Numbered from the stretch's first letter, positions 42,600 to 52,926 are shown. The stretch: DNA of 64,000 nucleotides from Candidatus Kapaibacterium sp. (GCA_963664875.1 OY761611.1:672001-736000), one strand, 5' to 3'. The notes: generated by a model not told the origin, from the sequence alone. Program-made: numbers and translations.

Positions 42600-42642
42600 A
42601 TTTACGATTTCCGGTATTATTACCTAAATTCACAATAAACAC

Positions 42643-42691
42643 AAAAAAGACTCAAAATATTTTCCAAAGGGAAACTTTTGAGTCTTTTTTT
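42643..42691. terminator. Bidirectional terminator between convergent T9SS paralogs
   Basis: aaaaaagactcaaaa...ttttgagtcttttttt. Confidence 0.8.
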
Positions 42692-42713
42692 ATATTTGAA
42701 ATTTGCAATAATT

Positions 42714-43595
42714 TTATCGTTTGATAAATTTTGCGGTGTGAATACTTTTTCCGTCATTGATTTGCATGAAATATGCACCTGCAGTTAGTTTAGAAACATC
42801 TAAAGTTTGCGAATTACCGCTGATATTTTTTGACATAACGATATTGCCAAGAGCATCGTAAACTGATAGATTGCAACTGCTACCTGCATTGAATTTAACA
42901 ACAAGCTCCTCATCAGCCGGGTTATTAGCGATAAGAATAGTATTTTCGGTAATTGTATTGTCTCCAATAGATGTCATATTAGTACAAATCACATCTTCTG
43001 ACTGAATATCCATAGCACAAGCCCTGTCAGTCAAATCAGGATCAAATAAAACACCCCAATATGTTCTGCCCATCTGAAGCCCCGGGAAGGACTCATTATG
43101 GAAGATAGTAATAAACATATTTGCGTTATCTTTATACATTTCAAGCTCAGTATTGAATTCTGTATCAGAGGTGAGAACTTGTGCCATCTTCTGAGAATTT
43201 AACTGCGACTTTTGAAGTGGTGAGGCTACCGAGAAAAATACTTTCAAATCTTCAATCCAATCGCTGACATCAGCTTCCATGGACTGAATTCCAATAAGCG
43301 GAATAGACATAGCCCAAGCACCGGAAGTAACTTCAGGATTGTCCTTATCTACAAAGTAATAGATCCATAAAGAAGCTTTCCCTGTTTCCCAATCAAATTC
43401 GATTGGCACAGGCATTCCTTCAGCATCAGTCATATCCATAGCCATACATAGCATGAGCTCAGGAGTGTTTAAAGTATTCGACACTGCATTTACAGCGGCA
43501 TCATAGGCTTCATCTGCATAAAATGTGTCTTGAGCAGCAGCATTATATGCAGAAAACATAAATACAAAAGCAATCAGTACAAGAAAGTTTTTCAT
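42714..43595 (-). CDS. T9SS-secreted protein, paralog of 41709..42599
   Basis: Signal peptide; CTD NNPADE...VYDALG...LTAGAYFM...KFIKR; shares TGKAxxWxYxF, YWG and CAxDI with the neighbour. Confidence 0.85.
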   Translation of the reverse strand: MKNFLVLIAFVFMFSAYNAAAQDTFYADEAYDAAVNAVSNTLNTPELMLCMAMDMTDAEGMPVPIEFDWETGKASLWIYYFVDKDNPEVTSGAWAMSIPLIGIQSMEADVSDWIEDLKVFFSVASPLQKSQLNSQKMAQVLTSDTEFNTELEMYKDNANMFITIFHNESFPGLQMGRTYWGVLFDPDLTDRACAMDIQSEDVICTNMTSIGDNTITENTILIANNPADEELVVKFNAGSSCNLSVYDALGNIVMSKNISGNSQTLDVSKLTAGAYFMQINDGKSIHTAKFIKR

Positions 43596-43710
43596 ATAAA
43601 CTCCAGAAGTTCTATAAATATTACATACCTTTTACGGGAAATTATAATCTTTGTTTCGAGCAAGTAATTTCGTATAATTGAAAACTGTTCAACAACTATA
43701 TTATTTTCTT

Positions 43711-45690
43711 TTGAAAAAGCTAATACTAAAAAAATATACGAACTCTGCCAACATTCAGCAATTTGGCTATAAAATAGCATACAGCGAAGAATTAAATACA
43801 GCTCAGTACGAAGCGGTAATGCACGACAAAGGTCCTGCATTGGTCATTGCAGGTGCCGGCACGGGCAAAACACGAACTTTAGTATATAGGCTCGCCCGTC
43901 TGATAGAAGATAAAAATCCTCCGGAATCAATTTTACTATTAACCTTTACAAGAAAAGCTGCCTCCGAGATGCTCCGACGTGCGTCATCAATCTTAGACGG
44001 CAGATGCGAAGAAGTCTCCGGCGGAACATTTCACTCATTTGCATTGCAGATTCTTAGAAAATATGCAGAAGCTATCAATTTCAGAAATAATTTTAGTGTA
44101 TTGGACTCTTCTGACTCAGAAGATGTGATAAATATACTTAGAAGTAATTTGAAATTTGATAAAACGAAAAGAAGATTTCCAACTAAAACTACTATCTATA
44201 AAATCATCTCCATGGCTCGCAATACGCGGGAGAAAATCGAAAAAATTATAGAAAAAGACTACCCCGGATATGAAGATGTAGCCGAAGAAATAAATCTGAT
44301 TTCTATTCAATATCGAGAATATAAAGCTAAACATCAGCTAATGGATTATGACGATTTGCTTGTGCATTTACTCAATTTGATGAAAAGCAGACCTGATATA
44401 AGAAAAAAATTGAATGACCTATATAGATATATCATGGTTGACGAATATCAGGACACAAATCGATTACAACATGAAATAGTGCTGCAACTCGCCGGAGATA
44501 AACAAAACATCATGGCAGTTGGTGATGACGCACAAAGTATTTACGCATTCAGGGGTGCAGACTATCAAAACATATTATTTTTCCCAAAATCATTTGATAG
44601 CTGCGTAGTTTATAAAATCGAACAAAATTATCGTAGTACAACTCCAATACTTGATTTAAGCAATGAAATAATCAAAACAGCAGCCTTTAAATATGAAAAG
44701 GAATTATATTCTGATAGAATTGAAGGTGATTTGCCAATTGTAGTAGCAACCAACGACGAAAGAGAACAATCTGATTTTGTGGCACAACAAATATTGGAGT
44801 ATAGAGAACAAGGTATAGAACTAGCAGACATAGCAGTATTATTTCGCTCATCATTCCATTCGTTCGACTTAGAAATATCGCTTGCGAAATCAAATATCCC
44901 ATATCAGAAATTTGGTGGCATCAGATTTGCAGAGACTGCTCATATTAAAGATTTACTTGCGTTCTTTAAAGTACTTTATAATCCCTACGATGCAGTGTCT
45001 TGGACGCGATTGTTGTTATTGCATACAGGAATAGGACCTGCTTCTGCCTCAAAAATTGTAAATATGATTACTTCTAATGAAATATCTTTAGAAAACTATA
45101 CGTCTCTTGATAAGATTAAGGGTAAACAAAATATACGTAACTTATTTAGCATTTTGTCTGCGGAGTATCAATCACATAGTTCATTAGGCGATAAAGCTTT
45201 ACACTTTTGTGAGTATTACAAACCAATCCTCAGTAACAACCACGACGATTGGCGCAAAAGGTGGAAAGATTTGGAGACATTTGTTTCTATAGCAGGAACA
45301 TATAAGTCTTTGGCTTCTTTTCTAAATGATATGGCTATAGATCCTCCTACTGACAAAGTGGATGACATAGATGCTACAGACAAAGAAGACGAAATCCTTA
45401 CCTTATCAACTATTCATTCTGCAAAAGGTCTGGAATGGAAAGTTGTTTTTTTGATATGGGCTTTAGAGGGAAGATTCCCTTCAGCTCGTAGTTTAGACTC
45501 ATTAGATAGCGTAGAGGAAGAAAGGCGGCTTTTTTATGTTGCCTGCACCAGAGCCAAGGATATTCTATGCATTACATATCCGATGAATATTTTTGACAGA
45601 GAAAGTGGCTCGATACTAAGTCGTCCTTCTCGATTTTTGCAGGCAATAGACGATAAATTTACAGATAAATATATTATATCTGAAGAATAA
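43711..45690 (+). CDS. UvrD/PcrA/Rep family ATP-dependent DNA helicase
   Basis: IAGAGTGKT, LTFTRKAA, GTFHS, VDEYQDTN, VGDDAQSIYAFRGA, QNYRS, TIHSAKGLEW, EERRLFYVACTRA. Start uncertain (TTG at 43711 or 43678). Confidence 0.95.
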   Translation: MKKLILKKYTNSANIQQFGYKIAYSEELNTAQYEAVMHDKGPALVIAGAGTGKTRTLVYRLARLIEDKNPPESILLLTFTRKAASEMLRRASSILDGRCEEVSGGTFHSFALQILRKYAEAINFRNNFSVLDSSDSEDVINILRSNLKFDKTKRRFPTKTTIYKIISMARNTREKIEKIIEKDYPGYEDVAEEINLISIQYREYKAKHQLMDYDDLLVHLLNLMKSRPDIRKKLNDLYRYIMVDEYQDTNRLQHEIVLQLAGDKQNIMAVGDDAQSIYAFRGADYQNILFFPKSFDSCVVYKIEQNYRSTTPILDLSNEIIKTAAFKYEKELYSDRIEGDLPIVVATNDEREQSDFVAQQILEYREQGIELADIAVLFRSSFHSFDLEISLAKSNIPYQKFGGIRFAETAHIKDLLAFFKVLYNPYDAVSWTRLLLLHTGIGPASASKIVNMITSNEISLENYTSLDKIKGKQNIRNLFSILSAEYQSHSSLGDKALHFCEYYKPILSNNHDDWRKRWKDLETFVSIAGTYKSLASFLNDMAIDPPTDKVDDIDATDKEDEILTLSTIHSAKGLEWKVVFLIWALEGRFPSARSLDSLDSVEEERRLFYVACTRAKDILCITYPMNIFDRESGSILSRPSRFLQAIDDKFTDKYIISEE

Positions 45691-45744
45691 ATTATATATT
45701 TGCTTCATCTAAGAATACAGCATTAGGTACAACCGGAGATAGAC

Positions 45745-46680
45745 ATGAAACAAATTGATTTGAATTCGATGTTGAAAAAGATTGATGATTACCAGCTTAT
45801 TCCATTTCTGGAAGAGATGGTCAGTTTTGTAAAAGACATAAAACCTACTTTAGAATCCATAAATGTTGCAATAGCTGAAAACATTTCTAAAATGCCTAAT
45901 GCTACTCAAAAATTAAGTCAGGTTACAGCTGCAACAGAAAATGCAACTACTGAAATAATGAATGTTATAGATACATTCTTTATTAAGTTAGATAGCTCTC
46001 AAAAGATTTTGACAGAATTTGTCGAAAAACGCAAAGAACAAAAAGAATTCTTTACAGATTTATTTGAAAAAATAAAACCTGCATTGGAAAACAACCCCGA
46101 TTTATTATCTCTGATTGACAAAGGTATCGACAAAACTAATGAAATTTACAATGATGATATTCAGAAGTATTATGACGAACTTTTGGGGTACATTGATGCT
46201 ATAAATATGGATTCGACTAACATTATGATGTCTTTGCAGGTTCAAGATATTACCTCGCAGCAGATTGCTGCTGTGAATCACCTTCTTGGAACTATTCAAA
46301 ACAAGCTTGCAGTTATTTTACAGCGTTTTAAAACTTCAGAACTGGGCAGTTTGTTGACATCGAGAGACGAACGTTTAGAAGAAGGTAAAAATGTCTCCCA
46401 CCTACATCGCGATATTGCTTTTGACCCTGATGCTGTAAAGGCAATCACATCAAAAGAAACAAGACAAAATGATGTAGATGATTTGATAAGCAAAGTAGAA
46501 TCCGGTGAAATATCAGAAGATGATATTAGTTCAGAATCAGATGAGGCAATGGATTTAGATGATATTGATGCTCTTTTCGGAAATAATTCGGAAACTGACG
46601 CTTCCACTTTCTCGCCCGATGCAAACGAAGTTGATGATTCGGATATGTCTCAAGATGATATCGATGCATTATTTGGGTAA
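45745..46680 (+). CDS. CheZ-family protein phosphatase
   Basis: L..V..ATENATTEIM helix, SLQVQDITSQQI catalytic DxxxQ, C-terminal SQDDIDALFG CheY-binding helix. TATATTTG box at 45695-45702 and a GGAG RBS upstream. Confidence 0.82.
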   Translation: MKQIDLNSMLKKIDDYQLIPFLEEMVSFVKDIKPTLESINVAIAENISKMPNATQKLSQVTAATENATTEIMNVIDTFFIKLDSSQKILTEFVEKRKEQKEFFTDLFEKIKPALENNPDLLSLIDKGIDKTNEIYNDDIQKYYDELLGYIDAINMDSTNIMMSLQVQDITSQQIAAVNHLLGTIQNKLAVILQRFKTSELGSLLTSRDERLEEGKNVSHLHRDIAFDPDAVKAITSKETRQNDVDDLISKVESGEISEDDISSESDEAMDLDDIDALFGNNSETDASTFSPDANEVDDSDMSQDDIDALFG

Positions 46681-46779
46681 GTAACTACTTGCATACTATA
46701 GGTTTATACTTATTTTACTTTGGCTCTCTTTTTTTTAGTAAATTAGAGAGCCAAATTATTTACACTTTGTTAGACGGGT

Positions 46780-47979
46780 ATGCAAAACGTAGAAAAAAAG
46801 CTAAATATTCTGTTTTTATTGCCAAGATTTCCTTATCCGGTTATCGGTGGAGACAGGCTAAAACCTCATAATATTATAAAATATCTTGCTTCAAAGCATA
46901 ATGTAACACTTGTTACTTTTTTTCAGGGTGAGAAAGCTCCGCAAAGTTTCGTCCGGGAAGTCGAAAAACTTGGTGTCGATCTTCACGTTATTCCTCTGAA
47001 TCCAATCAAAGCCGGAAGTAAAGCTTTAACTAAACTCCATAAAGTTTATCCTCTTGAAATAGCTTATTATTATCAGAAGGATTACCAGCAAAAAGTAAAC
47101 GAACTTTGTCGCAATAAAACTTTTGATCTTGGTTTCGCCTTTTTCATGAGAACTGCCGAATATATCAAAAATATGGGCTTCCCAAAAATACTAATGGCAG
47201 AGGACTGCCGCACTCTTTACCAGCAAAGATCTTATGAAAACAGCAACAACCTGAAACAAAGAATCGTTCGCTGGTGGGAGTATAGAAAATTGAAACGATA
47301 CGAACCCGAAATTGTCAATCACTTTAACATAACGACGCTTGTTACCAAAGAAGATATCGTTGCTATGAAAAGCCAGAATCCTGACTGCGACTATAGATTG
47401 CTTTCTAATGGGACAGACATCAATAAGTTTGTGCCTAATAATTCCACCCAAAGGAAAGGTATTCTTTTCGCAGGTAAATTAGATGTTTGGGCAAATCAAC
47501 TTATGATAATGAAGCTTGTCAATGATATTCTTCCTAAAATCAGAGAACAAGTTCCTAATGCTGAATTGCACTTAGTTGGTGCTACTCCCCCGCCTTCTAT
47601 ATCAAATTTAGCTAATAAATATATCAAAATTTTTCCTGATGTTCCGGATATGGTACCATTTCTTCAAAATGCAGAACTGTTTCTGCATCCCCACGAAGGT
47701 GGTTCAGGGATTCAAAATAAACTATTAGAGGCGATGGCTTGTGGTTGTCCTGTAGTAACTACGCCAACAGGCAATCAAGGTATCAACGGGGAGCATGGAG
47801 TTCATTTATTACTTGGTGATAATTCAGACAAGCTCGCTGAGTATGCTGTTAAATTATTGTCAGATAAAGAATTTGCGAAAGATATTTCCCAAAACGGTCG
47901 TAATTTAATTGTCGAAACCCATGCATGGGAACATATTTTCCAATCTGTGGATAATATCATAGCAGAAGTCTTAAATTAG
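46780..47979 (+). CDS. Glycosyltransferase family 4
   Basis: RFPYP..GGD N-terminus, NGTDI, GSGIQNKLLEAMACGCPVVTT. Confidence 0.9.
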   Translation: MQNVEKKLNILFLLPRFPYPVIGGDRLKPHNIIKYLASKHNVTLVTFFQGEKAPQSFVREVEKLGVDLHVIPLNPIKAGSKALTKLHKVYPLEIAYYYQKDYQQKVNELCRNKTFDLGFAFFMRTAEYIKNMGFPKILMAEDCRTLYQQRSYENSNNLKQRIVRWWEYRKLKRYEPEIVNHFNITTLVTKEDIVAMKSQNPDCDYRLLSNGTDINKFVPNNSTQRKGILFAGKLDVWANQLMIMKLVNDILPKIREQVPNAELHLVGATPPPSISNLANKYIKIFPDVPDMVPFLQNAELFLHPHEGGSGIQNKLLEAMACGCPVVTTPTGNQGINGEHGVHLLLGDNSDKLAEYAVKLLSDKEFAKDISQNGRNLIVETHAWEHIFQSVDNIIAEVLN

Positions 47980-47991
47980 AGTGGTGGTGCA

Positions 47992-48534
47992 ATGAAAAGA
48001 CGAACTATTTTTTTCGACCGTGACGGAATCATCAATAAAAGAATTGTTGGCGATTATGTAAAAAATATCGAAGAATTTGAGTTCAATCCCGAAATTTTTG
48101 ACATATTTCGACATATCAAAACTATCGGATATTTAGCTATTCTTGTTACTAATCAGCAAGGTATAGGTAAGAATATCATGACAGAAAACGATTTGAATGC
48201 AGTTCATGATTTTATGCAGGCAGGGCTCAAAGAAAAATCCGGTTATCAGTTTAATGATATTTATTTTTGCCCTACATTAGAAGAAGATCAGAATTATGAC
48301 AGGAAACCCAATCCGGGTATGCTTTATAAAGCTTTTGATAAGTGGAATGTTGATGTAGATAATTCTTGGATGATTGGTGACAGTATTAAAGATGCTATAG
48401 CCGGAAAAAGAGCCAATCTCAAGACTATTCTTGTTGGAGATTTTACACAAGAGGAATGCCCTCAGGCAGATAAAATATTTTCCACTTTGGCAGAAGCTTC
48501 TGATTTCATAAGAACTTTTACAATCTTCGATTAG
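47992..48534 (+). CDS. HAD-IIIA hydrolase, D-glycero-D-manno-heptose-1,7-bisphosphate phosphatase-like (GmhB)
   Basis: FFDRDGIIN, VTNQQGI, RKPNPGM, MIGDS..D. Confidence 0.88.
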   Translation: MKRRTIFFDRDGIINKRIVGDYVKNIEEFEFNPEIFDIFRHIKTIGYLAILVTNQQGIGKNIMTENDLNAVHDFMQAGLKEKSGYQFNDIYFCPTLEEDQNYDRKPNPGMLYKAFDKWNVDVDNSWMIGDSIKDAIAGKRANLKTILVGDFTQEECPQADKIFSTLAEASDFIRTFTIFD

Positions 48535-48552
48535 TTCTTGGTATAAATATTT

Positions 48553-48596
48553 AAAAAAACAACCTCATTATTTTTTAGTCTTGAGGTTGTTTTTTT
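48553..48596. terminator. Bidirectional terminator
   Basis: aaaaaaacaacctca...tgaggttgttttttt between convergent genes. Confidence 0.8.
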
Positions 48597-48619
48597 GTTT
48601 TACTGTATTTTTTCTAGCA

Positions 48620-49321
48620 CTAAAATGCACCAAATTTAAAGACCAGACTTCCTGAAAATCCGTCAATTTTATAATCCTTTATTACAGGGTTATCTCTGAA
48701 AAGAGCATTTGAACCAATTTTATTTCCAAATCGGTATGATGCATCTAAGCCAATCCTGAAGAAGGACGTAACGTTCATTTCAACCCCAATCGACGGCTCT
48801 ATAACAAAGTACGAAACATTTGGATTCTTTTTTTCGAAATCATCATTATTATTATCTGTATTATTAAAACCGCCCCAATCTCCTTCTTCGTCGAAGATTA
48901 TTCCTCCCCAGCCGAATAAGACATTTGCATTGATGTGTACAACACTTGCAGGATTATTGATATATTCGAGATAGAAACCACCATAACCAAATCGTAAAGA
49001 TGCTTCTACTTCTTCGTTATCTGCGTTCATGTATTTCTGAGTCGGTGCATTTACCATTCCGCATCCGGCTATGCCTAAAGTAATAGTATGATTGATCAAC
49101 CAACCACCTTTGCCTCCCATCATGACTGCAGTCTGTCCTTCTATTTCTCCTACCTTGACAAAAGGTCCTCCATAGCCGCCGTGATGAAGCTCTCCGCTTC
49201 CTCCAAACAATGTATTCATTTTGGGTGATTCGTCAGCCTTTTCTTCTTCCAACTTCTGGTATGACTGTGCATTTGCAAATAAAGGCATGAACATCAATAA
49301 AACCATAATTATCTTTTTCAT
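48620..49321 (-). CDS. Small outer-membrane beta-barrel protein
   Basis: Sec signal peptide (ANA/Q), Gly/aromatic amphipathic strands (GYGGFYLEY, IEPSIGVEMNV), C-terminal FKFGAF; AAGGAG RBS. Confidence 0.78.
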   Translation of the reverse strand: MKKIIMVLLMFMPLFANAQSYQKLEEEKADESPKMNTLFGGSGELHHGGYGGPFVKVGEIEGQTAVMMGGKGGWLINHTITLGIAGCGMVNAPTQKYMNADNEEVEASLRFGYGGFYLEYINNPASVVHINANVLFGWGGIIFDEEGDWGGFNNTDNNNDDFEKKNPNVSYFVIEPSIGVEMNVTSFFRIGLDASYRFGNKIGSNALFRDNPVIKDYKIDGFSGSLVFKFGAF

Positions 49322-49346
49322 TCTGTTTATCTCCTTAGCAATAGAT

Positions 49347-50513
49347 CTAAAAAAGACCTAATTTGACAAATAGTCCTGTAGAAAATCCGTTCATATCAAA
49401 ATTTGTGAGACCAGGGCTTTGTCTGTAGAATTTATCTTTTGCATTCAATTCCGAATACCTATATGATATATCTACACCTACTTTGAGAAATGAAGTTACA
49501 TTCAATTCTACGCCGGCATTTGGTTCTACTAACCAAATTATGCCGTTATTTAGCTCTATAGCAGCGTCTGTATTATTTTCGACGGGAGCCGCATGAATTC
49601 CTCCCAGTCCGAAAAATGTTCCAATATAGAAATGTATCAGCTCTTTAGGAATAAATGTATATTCCATAAAAAAACCACCATAACCTACATATAAATGTCC
49701 ATCTACAACAGATTGATCTTCCATTACAATATCTATAATCGGTTTATTTGTCAAGCCATAGCCTGCAAATCCGAAAGACAGGTTGTCAGTCGGCATCCAT
49801 GCTATTTTACCTCCTACAAATACTGCCTGATCGAGACTTGTTTGGGAGAATCTTGTGTCAGTTTGAATGAAATAAGCATTTTTTTGATTATTTCCTGCCA
49901 AACTTTCAAAGCCTTCTTCGATTTGTGTATCATCAAAAATACTGTGCTCTTCTTCGTAGATAGGATAGTATGCTACGTTATGATCTATCTTCATTTCATA
50001 GATAACAGTTACTTGTTTACTTGGATAAACTGCTGCTAAATCTGTTTCTTCTGCCTGATTGCTCTTTGGCGAATGAGTAACAGATTGTTGATTTACTGTT
50101 TTACTTAAATATCTTGTGTTTTGTATTTCTCGCACTTCATAATTGCTCTCTTTTGTTGCAAGCAATTTTGAATTTTGATTTTCTGCAATAGGTTTATTAT
50201 CAATCTCTGCTTTTTTATTCTTAGCTTCTTCCACATGATTTATATCAATCTGACTTGTGGACTCATTATCAGATGAGCTTAGATAGTCGTCGTTTATAAA
50301 CAGTAGAATTCCAACTGTCAAAGCAGAAAGGAAAATAATGCTATTGAGTTTTGAAGCGAAAGGTTTCACGTAAGCAAGCCATGATAGCTTACCGGCTTGT
50401 GCGGTAGTAATCAAGTCGGACACTTGCTTAGCACTCATGCCTTTTTCGCTTTTTTTTGCTCTTGCGAAATATTCGTCAAGAGATTGCGGTTTGTTGTTTT
50501 TATAATCAGTCAT
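49347..50513 (-). CDS. Putative dual-membrane-spanning anti-sigma factor (N-terminal cytoplasmic domain, TM helix, disordered linker, C-terminal beta-barrel)
   Basis: Overlaps the ECF stop by 8 nt; single TM IIFLSALTVGILLFI at about aa 58-72; S/E/N/K/Q-rich linker; C-terminal domain homologous to the downstream barrel, ending VKLGLF. Confidence 0.72.
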   Translation of the reverse strand: MTDYKNNKPQSLDEYFARAKKSEKGMSAKQVSDLITTAQAGKLSWLAYVKPFASKLNSIIFLSALTVGILLFINDDYLSSSDNESTSQIDINHVEEAKNKKAEIDNKPIAENQNSKLLATKESNYEVREIQNTRYLSKTVNQQSVTHSPKSNQAEETDLAAVYPSKQVTVIYEMKIDHNVAYYPIYEEEHSIFDDTQIEEGFESLAGNNQKNAYFIQTDTRFSQTSLDQAVFVGGKIAWMPTDNLSFGFAGYGLTNKPIIDIVMEDQSVVDGHLYVGYGGFFMEYTFIPKELIHFYIGTFFGLGGIHAAPVENNTDAAIELNNGIIWLVEPNAGVELNVTSFLKVGVDISYRYSELNAKDKFYRQSPGLTNFDMNGFSTGLFVKLGLF

Positions 50514-51108
50514 GGCTCACCCTTGCATAAGATAACTGTTTGTGCATAGTTGGCCGTGAGCCCAAATCATCGTATGCCGAATTATCTAAGTTTTGCGGTA
50601 CACCTAATAATTCTGCCAACGCCTTACGGCCCCTTTGGATACGGGATTTTACTCCCGGAATCGATCCGCCCTGTATCTCACAAATTTCTTTGATTGTTAA
50701 CCCGGATATTTCAAACAACACAACTGCTTCCTTCTGCTTATGCGGAAGTTTTGCTAAGGCTTGGTACAACAATTCTACATCATGACTAATCCCGGGTTCT
50801 GACTCACTTGCCTGCAATTCTTCAATCTCCGGCTGTGAATCATCGTCAGCGACATGGAAATGCGAAAAAAGCCTTTGTCTCCAACCAGTTCTTTTGTGGA
50901 TACGAGACGCAATAGTAAAAAGAAAACTCGTAAATGCCTCTGGATTCTTTAAAGAATCCAACGCACCATAAGCTTTCAATATAGTCTCTTGTACTATATC
51001 GTTTGCGTCTTGTCTATCTTTTGCCAAAGCAAAGGCAAAGCGATTTAGCTTTTCTCTGCAGGGCTCAAAGAGTTCCAAAAAATACCGTTGTTTTGCATCT
51101 TCTTTCAT
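50506..51108 (-). CDS. ECF RNA polymerase sigma factor
   Basis: Region 2 ANDIVQETILKAY...FTSFLFTIA; region 4 ALAKLP..QKEAVVL..ISGLTIKEI...VKSRIQRGRKAL. ATG 51108 preferred. Confidence 0.93.
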   Translation of the reverse strand: MKEDAKQRYFLELFEPCREKLNRFAFALAKDRQDANDIVQETILKAYGALDSLKNPEAFTSFLFTIASRIHKRTGWRQRLFSHFHVADDDSQPEIEELQASESEPGISHDVELLYQALAKLPHKQKEAVVLFEISGLTIKEICEIQGGSIPGVKSRIQRGRKALAELLGVPQNLDNSAYDDLGSRPTMHKQLSYARVSHD

Positions 51109-51147
51109 AAGAAAAGTTTTTCGTTTATTGTAAGATAACAATTCGGG

Positions 51148-51186
51148 TTACGTAGGTATGAGTCATAAGGTTACCGATAGGATGCA
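51148..51186 (-). promoter_or_regulatory. ECF-type promoter candidate(s) upstream of the ECF gene
   Basis: Minus strand GGTAAC-N17-CGTAA, overlapped by TGCATCC-N15-GACTCAT. Confidence 0.5.
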
Positions 51187-51283
51187 AAAATATTTTCTCT
51201 TTTTTTATTTTCCTCAGATAATGGCCATATCCCTTTTTTTAAGCGAAGAAATATTTTAGTTTTAAAGCAGCAGCACGAATATA

Positions 51284-51303
51284 TATGACATACTGTTGTC
51301 GTA
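51284..51303. promoter_or_regulatory. Palindromic operator upstream of the VOC gene
   Basis: TATGACA-tactgt-TGTCGTA (6/7 dyad), 10 nt upstream of a TATTTTTG box at 51314-51321. Confidence 0.5.
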
Positions 51304-51448
51304 CTTCCTTGCGTATTTTTGTTATAATACGTTACCTGAATGACATATACAGTTTGAAAATACTAATTTCATCTTACAAGCGTTTATTTAGGCTATGAAA
51401 TGAATAGTGAATATTCCTTTTTTTATAACAATTATCAGGAGCCTTATC

Positions 51449-51880
51449 ATGGTAAAGTCTAATGTTTATCTAAACTTCAAAGGGAACTGTGAAGAAGCTT
51501 TCAATTTCTATAAATGTGTTTTTGATGTCGAATTTGAATATATTAGCAGATTCAAAGATATGCCTCCAATGGAAGAGCATCCGCTTGCTCCGGAAGATGC
51601 AGAAAAAATCATGCATGTTTCCATCCGCTTAGGCGACGGCACAAGTATTATGGGGTCTGATGTAGGAAGTAAATGGGAAGAGTATCATCAAGCCGGTACA
51701 AATTTCCATATCTCTCTTCAAACAGATAGTAGAGAAGAAACAGAAAAGTTATTCAATGCTCTATCAGAAGGTGGTCAGGTGATGATGCCATTAGGCGATA
51801 CATTCTGGGGAGCTTACTTTGGTATGTTTACAGATAAGTTTGGAATTGGCTGGATGGTCAATTACGAACAACAGCAATAA
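51449..51880 (+). CDS. VOC family protein (PhnB-like glyoxalase)
   Basis: YLNFKGNCEEAFNFY, KIMH, GSD, MPLGDTFWGAYFGMFTDKFGIGWMVN. ATG 51449 after AGGAG. Confidence 0.92.
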   Translation: MVKSNVYLNFKGNCEEAFNFYKCVFDVEFEYISRFKDMPPMEEHPLAPEDAEKIMHVSIRLGDGTSIMGSDVGSKWEEYHQAGTNFHISLQTDSREETEKLFNALSEGGQVMMPLGDTFWGAYFGMFTDKFGIGWMVNYEQQQ

Positions 51881-51908
51881 TTTAAGTTGAATCGATTATA
51901 AACAACAA

Positions 51909-51944
51909 ACCCGTATCTATGATATATTTCAAATAGATACGGGT
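51909..51944. terminator. Terminator hairpin between the convergent VOC gene and mdh
   Basis: acccgtatctat...atagatacgggt perfect 12-bp stem. Confidence 0.7.
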
Positions 51945-51966
51945 ATTGTTTAATATATAAAAACAA

Positions 51967-52926
<960 letters not shown>

